From NCBI GenBank assembly GCA_965222605.1, contig OZ244960.1:5856001-5920000 (forward strand): a DNA stretch of 64,000 nucleotides, given 5' to 3'. Origin of the DNA: Candidatus Latescibacterota bacterium. GTDB taxonomy: Bacteria; Latescibacterota; UBA2968. The notes under the pieces were generated by a model, which saw nothing but the letters and a program-made list of their open reading frames with translations, was not told where the DNA came from and ran no database searches. Shown piece after piece: positions 18,398-27,954 of this stretch. How positions within the stretch are numbered: position 1 is the stretch's first letter; each line of letters begins with the position of its first letter. The translations under genes and the position numbers were made by a program.

Positions 18398-20467
18398 ATG
18401 AATTTCCGCATCGCCGACACCTTCACCGATAGCCTTGCCAGGCTGACCGGTAATGAGCAGAAGGCTGTGAAGACCACGGCCTTTGATCTGCAATTGAATC
18501 CAGCTCAGCCGGGATTGCAATTCCACAAGTTGGATAGAACCAGAGATCGGAATTTCTGGTCTGTTCGCGTTAGTCGCGATGTCCGTATAATTGTGCATCG
18601 GACCCGGAATAGTCTGTTGCTGTGCTATGTGGCTCACCACGATAATGCCTATCAATGGGCTGAGCGGCGCAAGCTGGAAACCCATCCCAGGACTGGTGCA
18701 GCACAATTGGTTGAGGTGCGCGAGATCGTTCAAGAGATCGCCGTGCCCCAATATGTGGTAGCTGAGCAAGAAGTACAGTACAAGCTGCCTTTGCTCACTG
18801 ATGTTCCGGAGAGCGATCTTCTGAACTATGGTGTGCCGCCTGAGTGGCTGGATGATGTACGCAATGCCGATGAAGATGGTTTGCTCGAGTTAGCCGAGCA
18901 TTTGCCGGGGGAGGCAGGGGAGGCGTTGCTCGAACTGGCTGTTGGTGGAACACCACAGATAGCACAGCCCGTTACCACTACCGATCCCTTTGACCATCCC
19001 GATGCACAGCGTCGTTTCCGGTTGATGACAAATGTGGAAGCACTGGAGCGCGCGCTCGACTATCCCTGGGAGAAGTGGGCGATCTTTCTTCATCCGGCGC
19101 AGCGGGAAGTTGTTGAGAGGGACTACAACGGACCATTTCGCGTGTCGGGTACGGCGGGTACGGGGAAAACCGTTGTGGCTATTCACCGCGCCGCGTTTCT
19201 CGTGCGTAATAACCCGGATGCGATGGTGCTGCTCACCACATTCTCCGACACACTGGCTAATGCTCTACGTACCAAACTCAGACGGTTGATTCAAAACGAA
19301 CCTCGGCTTGCAGAGCGCGTGGAGGTCAACGCTATTGATACGGTTGGCGAGCGGCTTTATCGGGCGCAGTTTGGTGCGCCAAAGATCGCAACTCAGGAGA
19401 TTATTCAGGAGTTTCTGGCGAAAGCGTCCAGCGAGGTGGAGGCGCATAATTTCAGTCCTCGATTCTTGTTGAGCGAGTGGGAGACTGTCGTTGATGCATG
19501 GCAGTTGGATAGCTGGGAAGCCTATCGCGATATCAGGCGGCTTGGACGCAAGACGCGCTTGCCCGTGGCGCAGCGTTCGATACTCTGGTCTATTTTTGAG
19601 CGGGTGAAAGCCCAACTTCAGGATCAGGGACTGGTGACCCGGGCGGACATATACGGATTGCTTGCTGAGAAGCTCAAAGATCGCCGACATCTGCCGTTTG
19701 ACTTCGCTATTGTAGATGAGGCGCAAGACATCAGTGTTGCCCAACTGCGTTTTCTCGCGGCATTGGGTGACCAGCGGCCAAATAGCCTCTTTTTTGCGGG
19801 TGATCTGGGGCAGCGGATTTTCCAAACACCGTTTTCCTGGAAGGCGTTGGGTGTTGATATTCGTGGAAGATCTCGGACTCTCAAAATCAACTACCGAACA
19901 TCTCACCAAATTCGGGTACAAGCAGATCGTTTGCTGGGTCCCGAAGTCGCCGATGTGGATGGCAATGTTGAGGATCGCAGGGGAACGGTCTCGGCATTTA
20001 ATGGCGAGCCTCCGACAATAGACTTCTTTGAGACCGAGGATGAAGAAAGTAAGGCTGTTGGAACGTGGTTGCAGGAATGCCGGGACAAAGGCGTGGATGC
20101 TCGTGAGATGGGGATATTTGTGCGCTCGGCGAAGGAACTAAACCGCGCACGCGAGGCGGTGCGCGATGCCGGGTTATCTTTTCAGGTTTTGGATGAAAGC
20201 GATGGGAAGGATAAGGATAGCGTATCGATATGTACGATGCATCTGGCGAAGGGGTTGGAGTTTCGCGCTGTCGCAGTGATGGCGTGTGACGATGAAATTA
20301 TTCCGCTACAGGATCGGATTGAAACAGTCGCGGATAGTGCGGATCTCGAAGAGGTTTACGATACAGAGAGACATTTGCTCTATGTCGCATGCACACGCGC
20401 TCGGGACCATTTATTGATCACGGGGGTTACACCTGTGTCGGAGTTTCTGGATGACCTGCAGATGTAA
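18398..20467 (+). CDS. UvrD/SF1 helicase with N-terminal RelE-like domain
   Basis: N-terminal FHKL...FWSVRV...RIIV...HHDNAY; GTAGTGKT, VDEAQD, GDLGQRI, NYRT, TMHLAKGLEF, LLYVACTRAR. Confidence 0.88.
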   Translation: MNFRIADTFTDSLARLTGNEQKAVKTTAFDLQLNPAQPGLQFHKLDRTRDRNFWSVRVSRDVRIIVHRTRNSLLLCYVAHHDNAYQWAERRKLETHPRTGAAQLVEVREIVQEIAVPQYVVAEQEVQYKLPLLTDVPESDLLNYGVPPEWLDDVRNADEDGLLELAEHLPGEAGEALLELAVGGTPQIAQPVTTTDPFDHPDAQRRFRLMTNVEALERALDYPWEKWAIFLHPAQREVVERDYNGPFRVSGTAGTGKTVVAIHRAAFLVRNNPDAMVLLTTFSDTLANALRTKLRRLIQNEPRLAERVEVNAIDTVGERLYRAQFGAPKIATQEIIQEFLAKASSEVEAHNFSPRFLLSEWETVVDAWQLDSWEAYRDIRRLGRKTRLPVAQRSILWSIFERVKAQLQDQGLVTRADIYGLLAEKLKDRRHLPFDFAIVDEAQDISVAQLRFLAALGDQRPNSLFFAGDLGQRIFQTPFSWKALGVDIRGRSRTLKINYRTSHQIRVQADRLLGPEVADVDGNVEDRRGTVSAFNGEPPTIDFFETEDEESKAVGTWLQECRDKGVDAREMGIFVRSAKELNRAREAVRDAGLSFQVLDESDGKDKDSVSICTMHLAKGLEFRAVAVMACDDEIIPLQDRIETVADSADLEEVYDTERHLLYVACTRARDHLLITGVTPVSEFLDDLQM

Positions 20468-20487
20468 TGGTGGAAGTGGTATGGAGA

Positions 20488-21309
20488 CTATCCATAGGCC
20501 ATTTCGGGGTGTTTTCCGAGAACGCGCAGGAGGCGTTCGTCGGCACCTTCGAGGACGTAATCTGGCATGTGATAGTTGAGGTAGGGCCAGAATCGCTGGG
20601 CGACGAAACGCTGTCCATAGACCTGGTGAAAGAGGTAGCGGATGCGATCAGATGTATTGGGGGCGCCGCGATGCCAGGTTTGGCTGCTGAGGAGGTAGAG
20701 GTCACCCGCTTTCATGTGCAGGGACGTGGGGCCTTGGCCGTCGAAAGTTGGGTTTTCTGGATCGTTGGGCTGTCTGCCCGCATAGTGGCTGCCCGGCACG
20801 AATTGGCTGGGACCATACTGGTCTTCGTTCTGGTCTGTCAGGGCGATCTGGAACGACATGCGAAAAACGGGCATCCGAAGACGTCTGTCATGGCCGCTGA
20901 TATTGTCGTCCGTAATTGGAAATTCCAGGCTGTCATCTACGTGAAAGCGGTTAATGCCCAGATCCGTGCGGTTCAAGATGCATCCCTGCGCCATGCAATG
21001 GCACTGGGGACCGAGGACTGTTTCGGCAATAGATATGATAGGCTCGCGCACGAGCAGGTCGCGGAACATCCGGTCGCATTCAAATAGCCGATGCACAACG
21101 ATGGGCGCTTTGCCATCGTGCATCGGCTTTATTTTTACATTTCGCATTTCGGCGAAATAGGGTTCTGCAAAGATCTCGTCAACACGTCTGCATATTTGCT
21201 CGCATTCTTCCCGGGAGAGGACGTTTCGGATGACGGTCGCGCCGTTTTTATAAAAATCTTCGAGAATCGGCGATAGTTCTTCTTCGGTAAAGGGTGCATG
21301 AAGTGACAT
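20488..21309 (-). CDS. Phytanoyl-CoA dioxygenase (PhyH) family Fe(II)/2OG oxygenase
   Basis: FHVD (HxD), VPGSH, WHRG...N...R; start ATG 21309 behind GAGGA. Confidence 0.88.
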   Translation of the reverse strand: MSLHAPFTEEELSPILEDFYKNGATVIRNVLSREECEQICRRVDEIFAEPYFAEMRNVKIKPMHDGKAPIVVHRLFECDRMFRDLLVREPIISIAETVLGPQCHCMAQGCILNRTDLGINRFHVDDSLEFPITDDNISGHDRRLRMPVFRMSFQIALTDQNEDQYGPSQFVPGSHYAGRQPNDPENPTFDGQGPTSLHMKAGDLYLLSSQTWHRGAPNTSDRIRYLFHQVYGQRFVAQRFWPYLNYHMPDYVLEGADERLLRVLGKHPEMAYG

Positions 21310-21410
21310 GGGATATTCCTCGCTAAAAAACGAATAGACGAACCCCGCCCAACCACTCAAAACCTCTGGATTGCGGCTAACCCCATGCCGCAATGACGGT
21401 CTATTTGTCT

Positions 21411-21499
21411 ATGAACTGGCCCGAGAGGCAGCCAGTTGTACACCATTCCGTAGATTCGTAGATGAACTGCTGGCGCAGTTGTACACCACTCCGTAGATT
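21411..21499 (-). repeat. Two tandem copies of the GTACAACTG-N-CAGTTCA repeat
   Basis: ATGAACTG-var-CAGTTGTACACCA(T/C)TCCGTAGATT at 21411-21456 and 21462-21499. Confidence 0.85.
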
Positions 21500-21506
21500 T
21501 GCTTAC

Positions 21507-22949
21507 TCAGATCGCACCTTTGGGTACGCCTTTGCCAACGTGGGGAAGCAGTCCCTGAATTGGTCGCCCGGGCACCAGTTTTCCATTCTGGACAAATCCC
21601 TCTGGGCGCCCTGTGAGTTCCTCGATCAGTTGATCGCGCCACCAGGCCAATCGGTCCGGGCGATCGCGGGACAGATCGTTGATTTCGCGGGGGTCTTCGG
21701 TTAGATCGAAGAGCAACTCTCTTCCCGTCTGGGTAAACCAGGCGTACTTCTCCTTGCCATCCGTAAGCCACTGATTGGCGGATGTCGCGTGTTCCCCGTG
21801 AATAAACGGCCGCCAATTATTCCCGCCACAATTCAGCACACTTTCGCCGTCGAGATCATCTGGGGTGTCGATCCCAGCGATGTCGCAGAAGGTGGGGAAG
21901 ATGTCCCTCAGTTCTACCGGCGATTCCACGAGCGATCCACGTTCCACAGCGCCAGATGTTTTGGGCATTCGCAGGATGAAGGGCACGCGAGCGGATCCGT
22001 CATAGGGCACGCCTTTTCCCACATGATTGTGATCGTAGAGCATTTCACCGTGATCCGCAGTGAAGAGTATGGCTGTGTTGTCCTGGACACCGTATTCGTT
22101 GAGCGCCATGATCATGCGATTGATCTGGAAATCGATGTGTGAAATCTGTGCGTAATACGCTCTTCGGGCATAGGCCACAAGCGCCGGGTCTCGCGGGATC
22201 GGGCTGTCGTGGCCGCCCTTGCGGAGTTCGTGGTCAACCCAGTTTCCCATGGCGGGTGGGGGGATGTCTTTTTGCAAATATCGATTCAGGAAAGACGCGG
22301 GTGGATCCAGCGGCGGATGAGGCCGATGGTAGGATAGCGTGAGGAAGAAGGGTTTGGATGTATCGCGTCTGCGCAAAAAGTCAATGCCCTGCGTGGTGAC
22401 CCAGCTCGTGGGGTGGAGCATTTCGTGGTAGGGCCAGGCCTGCGCCGCGTATCCATTGCATCCCACGCCAGAGTCGTTGTGGTCGGCGTAAACCGCGCCG
22501 AGTTTTTCCCGAAGCCAGGGGGTGTAATCGTCGTTCAAGCCAAATTCGCGGTTTTCCCGCCGGGCGCGGTGCATATAGCCGTCGTGCAGTACGACATTGT
22601 GAAAACCCACGAGATTGCGCCAGGGATAGACGTGCATTTTGCCGACGCACTGGGTGTGATAACCCGCATCTGATAGGGTTCCGGGAAGTGTTACTGGATA
22701 GTCCCATTGCACACCACCATTGGTGAGATATCCATGGCGTTTGGGGGCGAGACCTGTGAGGATTGTGGCGCGGGCAGCAACACATACCGGGCACGAGGCA
22801 TACGCCTGGGTAAATGTGATACCCTCACCTGCCAGATAATCCAGATGAGGGGTTTCAACTGCTGGATGACCGGTATAACCCAGGCAATCCCCCCGCCATT
22901 GATCGGTCAGGATAAAGAGTATATTGGGGGCGTTTTCGGCTGTCGGCAT
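21507..22949 (-). CDS. Sulfatase (S1 family, arylsulfatase-like)
   Basis: PNILFILTDQ, CVAAR (CxAxR), GKMH, RPHPP, TADHG. Confidence 0.92.
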   Translation of the reverse strand: MPTAENAPNILFILTDQWRGDCLGYTGHPAVETPHLDYLAGEGITFTQAYASCPVCVAARATILTGLAPKRHGYLTNGGVQWDYPVTLPGTLSDAGYHTQCVGKMHVYPWRNLVGFHNVVLHDGYMHRARRENREFGLNDDYTPWLREKLGAVYADHNDSGVGCNGYAAQAWPYHEMLHPTSWVTTQGIDFLRRRDTSKPFFLTLSYHRPHPPLDPPASFLNRYLQKDIPPPAMGNWVDHELRKGGHDSPIPRDPALVAYARRAYYAQISHIDFQINRMIMALNEYGVQDNTAILFTADHGEMLYDHNHVGKGVPYDGSARVPFILRMPKTSGAVERGSLVESPVELRDIFPTFCDIAGIDTPDDLDGESVLNCGGNNWRPFIHGEHATSANQWLTDGKEKYAWFTQTGRELLFDLTEDPREINDLSRDRPDRLAWWRDQLIEELTGRPEGFVQNGKLVPGRPIQGLLPHVGKGVPKGAI

Positions 22950-22964
22950 TGGGTGTATCTCCTG

Positions 22965-23756
22965 TTATCCCCTTCGCTTGTTGGCTAATGCCCAGACATC
23001 CCGGAAGAAAGTCTGGCGGCTTTCTTCCAGGCCATTGATCACGACCGGGTTCATGCAGGGCTTGGGTTCGTGGAATCGCACGGTTACGTGATTGTACGCG
23101 AGAAGGATGGCGCGTCGCGGATTGTCCGGATTGGTCCAGGTAGATCCCGTGTGACGCACGCCTTCTGAAAATACGACGAGGCTCCCGGGTGGACAGCCAT
23201 AGGTTTCCCAAACGCCTGAGTTTGGATCATCGGCTTCTTCGGGCCAGGTGCCGTCCTGGGCAGAAGCCAGATTGGCTTTGTGTGAACCGGGGACGAGGCA
23301 GGTGCCGCCCTGGCCTTTTTTTACTTCGTTCAATTCCCAGACAATGCGCGTCATTGCGCTGTAGATGCGACCATTGTGGAAGCGGAAGGAAAACGAAGGG
23401 TGGAGGTTTGTTCCTCCCACGTGTGGCCGCCACTCGTTGCCGGTATTTTTCACGGACCGGCCGGATATAAATACGCTTTCCAATCGGATGCGCTCTCGAT
23501 CCGGGTCAATGACTTCCTGGAGAATGCCCAGGACCCGCGGATGATCGATCAGAAATTCAGTGGGACCAGAAATTGGTGAACGATGGTGTTCGGGAAGGCT
23601 TTCGGGAGTTTTCATATACGTTTCGATATGGTCGCGTGCGATCGCGATTTCCTCATCGGTGAGAACGCCGGGGATGACGAGAAAGCCTTTTAAATCGAAG
23701 AGGAATTTTTCGTAATCCGACATTGGCAGATGCTCACGCGCTTTTTTCTCAGACAT
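22965..23756 (-). CDS. PhyH family protein with HxG motif
   Basis: FDLKGFL, RPHVGG, VPGSH, FSEGVRH. Confidence 0.82.
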   Translation of the reverse strand: MSEKKAREHLPMSDYEKFLFDLKGFLVIPGVLTDEEIAIARDHIETYMKTPESLPEHHRSPISGPTEFLIDHPRVLGILQEVIDPDRERIRLESVFISGRSVKNTGNEWRPHVGGTNLHPSFSFRFHNGRIYSAMTRIVWELNEVKKGQGGTCLVPGSHKANLASAQDGTWPEEADDPNSGVWETYGCPPGSLVVFSEGVRHTGSTWTNPDNPRRAILLAYNHVTVRFHEPKPCMNPVVINGLEESRQTFFRDVWALANKRRG

Positions 23757-23768
23757 TGGTTTGCTCCT

Positions 23769-24587
23769 CTATTTTTCGGGCCATGGACGAAACAAATTGC
23801 GCTGTTCTTTTGTATATCGCGCCAGTGTATGCGATGTGATATGCTGGGGTTCATCCATAGTTGCGATATTTTGCGACATCATCCAGTAGGGGCCATAGCC
23901 TGCGTGGATGGTTTTGCGGACTTGATCTGAGCGATTGGTCAAGCCACCGTGCCTCAAGTGTTCTGTAAAAAAGATCGCATCGCCCGCTTTGACTTCCAAT
24001 CCGACCATTCCCGGTTCTACATCTGGATCATTGTCATAAGGGCATGGCATGGTGCTTTTGTGTGTGCCGGGGACGACGCAAAACGCGCCTTGTTCATTGG
24101 TGACATCGTGTATGAAGTAAATCATACGTACCATCATGCAATCGATGCGATCACTGCTGGTATAGCGGTATTTTTGATTTTCCGGTCTCGTGCCGCCGTG
24201 GCTGCGCGATGTATTGTTTTTATACCGAATGCGGATCTCTGAATTGTTGATGGTGTAGCGACCGCGGATGGCGACATGTACGTATGGCAATGTTTTTTCG
24301 TGATTTACCAGCAGGTCAAATGTTGGGTCCGCATTCCAAAAATCTTCTATGATCAGGGTTTTTCCCTCGGTGCCCGATCCCTGAACATGGTAGCCTTTCT
24401 CTGTATTTACGTGATATTCGGCTCCCCATGCGCTGAGTTTTCGCGGAGGCAAATCGACATTGGATAGGGCGTGTTCTTCCAATCTGTCAACGGCTTCGCG
24501 CAGAGATTTCACTTCTGCATCCGTGAGCATGTTTTTGATTGTGATATATCCCTGGCGGTCAAATTCGTATTGTTCGATTTTATTCAT
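23769..24587 (-). CDS. PhyH family protein with HxG motif
   Basis: FDRQGY, SHGG, VPGTH, GDAIFFTEHLRHG...N...R; start 24587 or TTG 24605. Confidence 0.82.
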   Translation of the reverse strand: MNKIEQYEFDRQGYITIKNMLTDAEVKSLREAVDRLEEHALSNVDLPPRKLSAWGAEYHVNTEKGYHVQGSGTEGKTLIIEDFWNADPTFDLLVNHEKTLPYVHVAIRGRYTINNSEIRIRYKNNTSRSHGGTRPENQKYRYTSSDRIDCMMVRMIYFIHDVTNEQGAFCVVPGTHKSTMPCPYDNDPDVEPGMVGLEVKAGDAIFFTEHLRHGGLTNRSDQVRKTIHAGYGPYWMMSQNIATMDEPQHITSHTLARYTKEQRNLFRPWPEK

Positions 24588-24601
24588 TGTAATTTGTCCT
24601 G

Positions 24602-25930
24602 TCAATTCTTCCTGAATAGGAGCATTGCGATTCGCCTTTCTCCCACTATGACCTTTACATTGGCTTTGATATAGATGGGGTTTTTTAGCAATGCCAGCTC
24701 TCGGACTTTTGCCTTGAGCACCGGATGTGGATCGTCGATTCTGATCACGCCGCTAAAAGAACGCTTTGTATTTTCGGCATCGACCATCTGCACGTCCAGG
24801 CTCGTCTCGTCAATCTCAGGCTCATCGGCATCCATCTCGATAATCATACTCAGATCGTTAATTTCCTGTACAGATAAGGGCTGTCCACCCGTGTCGAATT
24901 GCCCTTCCAAAATGCGGTCCTGAAGTGTATTCTGGATTTCCTGTTGAATCTCATTGGGAAGAGTGTGAATCCTGAATTCTGCGCTGTGGGTGCCTTCTAT
25001 GACTGTGCCGGTTAGCGCTATCCGGTTTAATGGCTCGGCTTCGATCTCTTCTCCGGGATCGGATGGCCCGGCATTTTGCACGCTCAGCACGCTGTGGAGA
25101 TCGACCAATTTCACCTTGCCGAGTGCGAATACCGTGTCGTCTTCTATGGCGACGAGTTTGCCCGAAAAGTAGTCTTCCAATTGTTTGGTGATCTGACCAT
25201 CGGAGATATCGTTGAATTGTGCAAACCCCATGCCCCAAGAATCCGGCGAATCGACGTCTGTTCTCAGAATTTCGCCGTCTCCATAAGTTGTAATCACTTC
25301 AATATAAGCCGGTTGACCAACGCGTACGAGCTTTTGTCCGGCGCCCTTTAGACCTGCGGAAATTCGCAGATCGTCAAAATCGAGGATGCGCGCGATTTCG
25401 TCTCCTTTTGCCACGACCGCTCCGACGATTTCCTCCTCAAACAGGATGACGCCAGCGTGCGTAGCGGTCAATGTCTCGCGTCTGGGTAGCTCTTGTTCCC
25501 AGATGGACGCCGAACTTCTGAGCGCGCTCCGAAGTTCCCGTTCCGTTGAAGTTAGAGAAGATGATGCGGCAAGGCTGTCGAGTTCGCCACTTAGTTCTTC
25601 CGCAACTTGTTGTGTGCGATACCGACTGACCCGGGATTTATCTCTGGAAATTTCAAATACCGGCTGACCAACTGTTACGTCGGTTTTATTTTTTACCAGT
25701 GCTTCTATGACGATGATATCCTCATCGGGGGATAGGACATATTCGTGCGGCTTGATGGGTTCTGCACCCGATAACACGAGGTCTTCGGTTGTTGAAAACC
25801 ATAGAAAACCGATGATTGCGGCGACCGTAAAAACGAAGCCATACCCGAATATTTCCAGATATTTGACGTACCTCGCGATAAACCTGCGGGTTCTCAAGCT
25901 CTGTGTTTTAGGTTTCTCCGTCTTTTGCAT
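24602..25930 (-). CDS. Membrane-fusion (HlyD-like) adaptor-type protein
   Basis: N-terminal TM, split lipoyl-like halves (VTVGQPVF; ATHAGV...VAKGDEIARI), VRVGQ, terminal VIVGERR; follows an ABC exporter gene. Confidence 0.6.
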   Translation of the reverse strand: MQKTEKPKTQSLRTRRFIARYVKYLEIFGYGFVFTVAAIIGFLWFSTTEDLVLSGAEPIKPHEYVLSPDEDIIVIEALVKNKTDVTVGQPVFEISRDKSRVSRYRTQQVAEELSGELDSLAASSSLTSTERELRSALRSSASIWEQELPRRETLTATHAGVILFEEEIVGAVVAKGDEIARILDFDDLRISAGLKGAGQKLVRVGQPAYIEVITTYGDGEILRTDVDSPDSWGMGFAQFNDISDGQITKQLEDYFSGKLVAIEDDTVFALGKVKLVDLHSVLSVQNAGPSDPGEEIEAEPLNRIALTGTVIEGTHSAEFRIHTLPNEIQQEIQNTLQDRILEGQFDTGGQPLSVQEINDLSMIIEMDADEPEIDETSLDVQMVDAENTKRSFSGVIRIDDPHPVLKAKVRELALLKNPIYIKANVKVIVGERRIAMLLFRKN

Positions 25931-25957
25931 TGCTCTACCTGTGGTTATGGCTGTGCA

Positions 25958-27754
25958 TCACCCAGTGTCTCTGATATCATCCAGGCCGAGGTAGCGCCTG
26001 TACATCTCTGCGTACTCACCCCCATTGCGAAGCAGTTCTGCGTGTGTACCTTGCTCGAGAATCTGACCTTCACCGAGAACGATGATCTGGTCGGCATTTG
26101 CCACTGTTGTGAGTCTGTGAGAGACCACGAATGTGGTGCGCCCTTCTGCCACGCGGTTCAAACTTTGCAAAAATCGCTGTTCTGTGGCGCTGTCCAGGGA
26201 TGATGTGGGTTCGTCCAGAATGAGAATTTTGGGATCGCGGACCATGGCTCGGGCAATCCCGATTCGCTGTTTCTGACCCCCTGAGATTCGCGTGCCTTCT
26301 CGGAGGTCGGTATCATATCCGTTCCGTTGGGATGAGGCAAATGCGTCTATATCCGCCAGTTGCGCGGCTCTTACCACCTCATCGTCAGATGCAGGGGGCC
26401 GGCCGAACAGGATATTTTCTTTAATTGTTCCGTTGAACAAATGCGTTTCCTGTAAGACCAGACCAACCTGGTCCTGATAGGTGCTTGATCTCACTTCTCT
26501 GAGGTCCTGGCCATCTATAATTACCCTGCCGGAATCCGGGTCGTATAGTCTGAGAAGCAGGTTCACAACCGTGGTTTTGCCCGATCCACTGTGTCCGACC
26601 AGAGCGATTTTTTGACCTGCCTGAACGGTGAAGCTCAGGTTGCGCAGGACCGGTGTGCCATCCTCGTAAGAAAAGGAGACATTGTCAAAGACGACATCGC
26701 CCCTGATAGGTGGCATTGCCGGTGCATTGCGACGGTCTGTAACAGCGGGAACCTGATCCAGTGTTTCGAGAATGCGCTCGGCGGGAACCATTGCAATGCG
26801 AACTTGCTGAAAATACCGAATCAGGACTTGAATGGGATTGGACAGGCGGTTCGTATAGGAGAAAATGGGGAAGACGGACCCATAGGAGAGGTTGCCTATA
26901 ATAACTTCTCTGAGGAAGTATAGTCTTATCAGTCGATTTTTAGCCCAGGGAAGCAAGCCGCTATTGCCCGCGAGTTCTCGTTCGATGGTACGCATATAGA
27001 ACAGGCGCATCGCGGCGCGGTACCCTTCGATGGTGAGATTAACATATCGCTTTACTTCGTGCCGGCGCCGGCCAAATGTCTGTACGACGGCTGCCCCGGC
27101 AACGCCTTCTTGAAGCCCGGCGTCGCGTGCCTGCCATCTCTCTCTTACGCGGCGATCGAATCTGCGCTGTATGGTCGCGATCTTCTGGGCGACCAGCCCG
27201 TATGGAATCGCGTAAATCAGAATGACCAGCGAGACCCGCCAATCCAACCAGGTGGTGAAGATGAGTATGAGTATGAACTCATAGACCGCCCGCAATGTCG
27301 CTGGCAAGATGTCCGTAATCATGCGCATTACAGCCCCCGTATCTGCGCTCGCCCGATACATGTGCTCGCCAATACCACGACTCTCGTAGAAGGTCATGGA
27401 GAGACGCTGGAGGTGGGTGAAGAAGTAAGTTTTGAGGGCTAAGCTCACGCGTAGATCTACGTAGTGATTGAGGATGGTCGTCATGGTACCGACCAATCTT
27501 TGAATCAGGACAAGCACAACATAGGCGGCAAAGATGCGGTAGAACAGGTTCCAATCTTGATTTGGAAATGCATCATCGATGAGAAACTTGCTCAGCCACG
27601 GATTCACAACCCGCAACGTGCTGACGACGATCGTGCCCATTACGACGAGCAGCGCCTTATCCCAGACCGGGATCATCAACCTGAGAAAACGCAGGAAGAC
27701 TCTTATAAGCGACTGTTTTACTCCCTTGCGGGGAGGGGGAAAATAGTTGAACAT
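25958..27754 (-). CDS. ABC transporter, fused TMD+NBD (exporter fold)
   Basis: GHSGSGKT, ISGGQ, ILDE, SHRL. Confidence 0.92.
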   Translation of the reverse strand: MFNYFPPPRKGVKQSLIRVFLRFLRLMIPVWDKALLVVMGTIVVSTLRVVNPWLSKFLIDDAFPNQDWNLFYRIFAAYVVLVLIQRLVGTMTTILNHYVDLRVSLALKTYFFTHLQRLSMTFYESRGIGEHMYRASADTGAVMRMITDILPATLRAVYEFILILIFTTWLDWRVSLVILIYAIPYGLVAQKIATIQRRFDRRVRERWQARDAGLQEGVAGAAVVQTFGRRRHEVKRYVNLTIEGYRAAMRLFYMRTIERELAGNSGLLPWAKNRLIRLYFLREVIIGNLSYGSVFPIFSYTNRLSNPIQVLIRYFQQVRIAMVPAERILETLDQVPAVTDRRNAPAMPPIRGDVVFDNVSFSYEDGTPVLRNLSFTVQAGQKIALVGHSGSGKTTVVNLLLRLYDPDSGRVIIDGQDLREVRSSTYQDQVGLVLQETHLFNGTIKENILFGRPPASDDEVVRAAQLADIDAFASSQRNGYDTDLREGTRISGGQKQRIGIARAMVRDPKILILDEPTSSLDSATEQRFLQSLNRVAEGRTTFVVSHRLTTVANADQIIVLGEGQILEQGTHAELLRNGGEYAEMYRRYLGLDDIRDTG

Positions 27755-27808
27755 CGTCTGGTCTTACCTGTTCAATATACGCGCGTGGATTTCTCCCAAA
27801 GATACCAC

Positions 27809-27847
27809 AATTAGGCGAAGATATGTTTGTATGTCAATTGGATTCTC
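27809..27847 (-). promoter_or_regulatory. Shared promoter block, copy A
   Basis: 34/39 identical to 38993-39031; contains minus-strand TTGACA. Confidence 0.7.
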
Positions 27848-27954
27848 GGTTTTGCTGAAGAACAGAAAACAATTGCGTCTGGTAAAAAATTAACTTTTTT
27901 ATACAGTAGTCTATATGTTGTGACACATTCATTACGTCTGTGGGAGCCTGCTTC

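Noticed and set aside
21411-21499. Possible mini-CRISPR or integron attC sites
   Set aside because: Only two units, variation lies in the hairpin loop, the units are too short for attC and there is no integrase.
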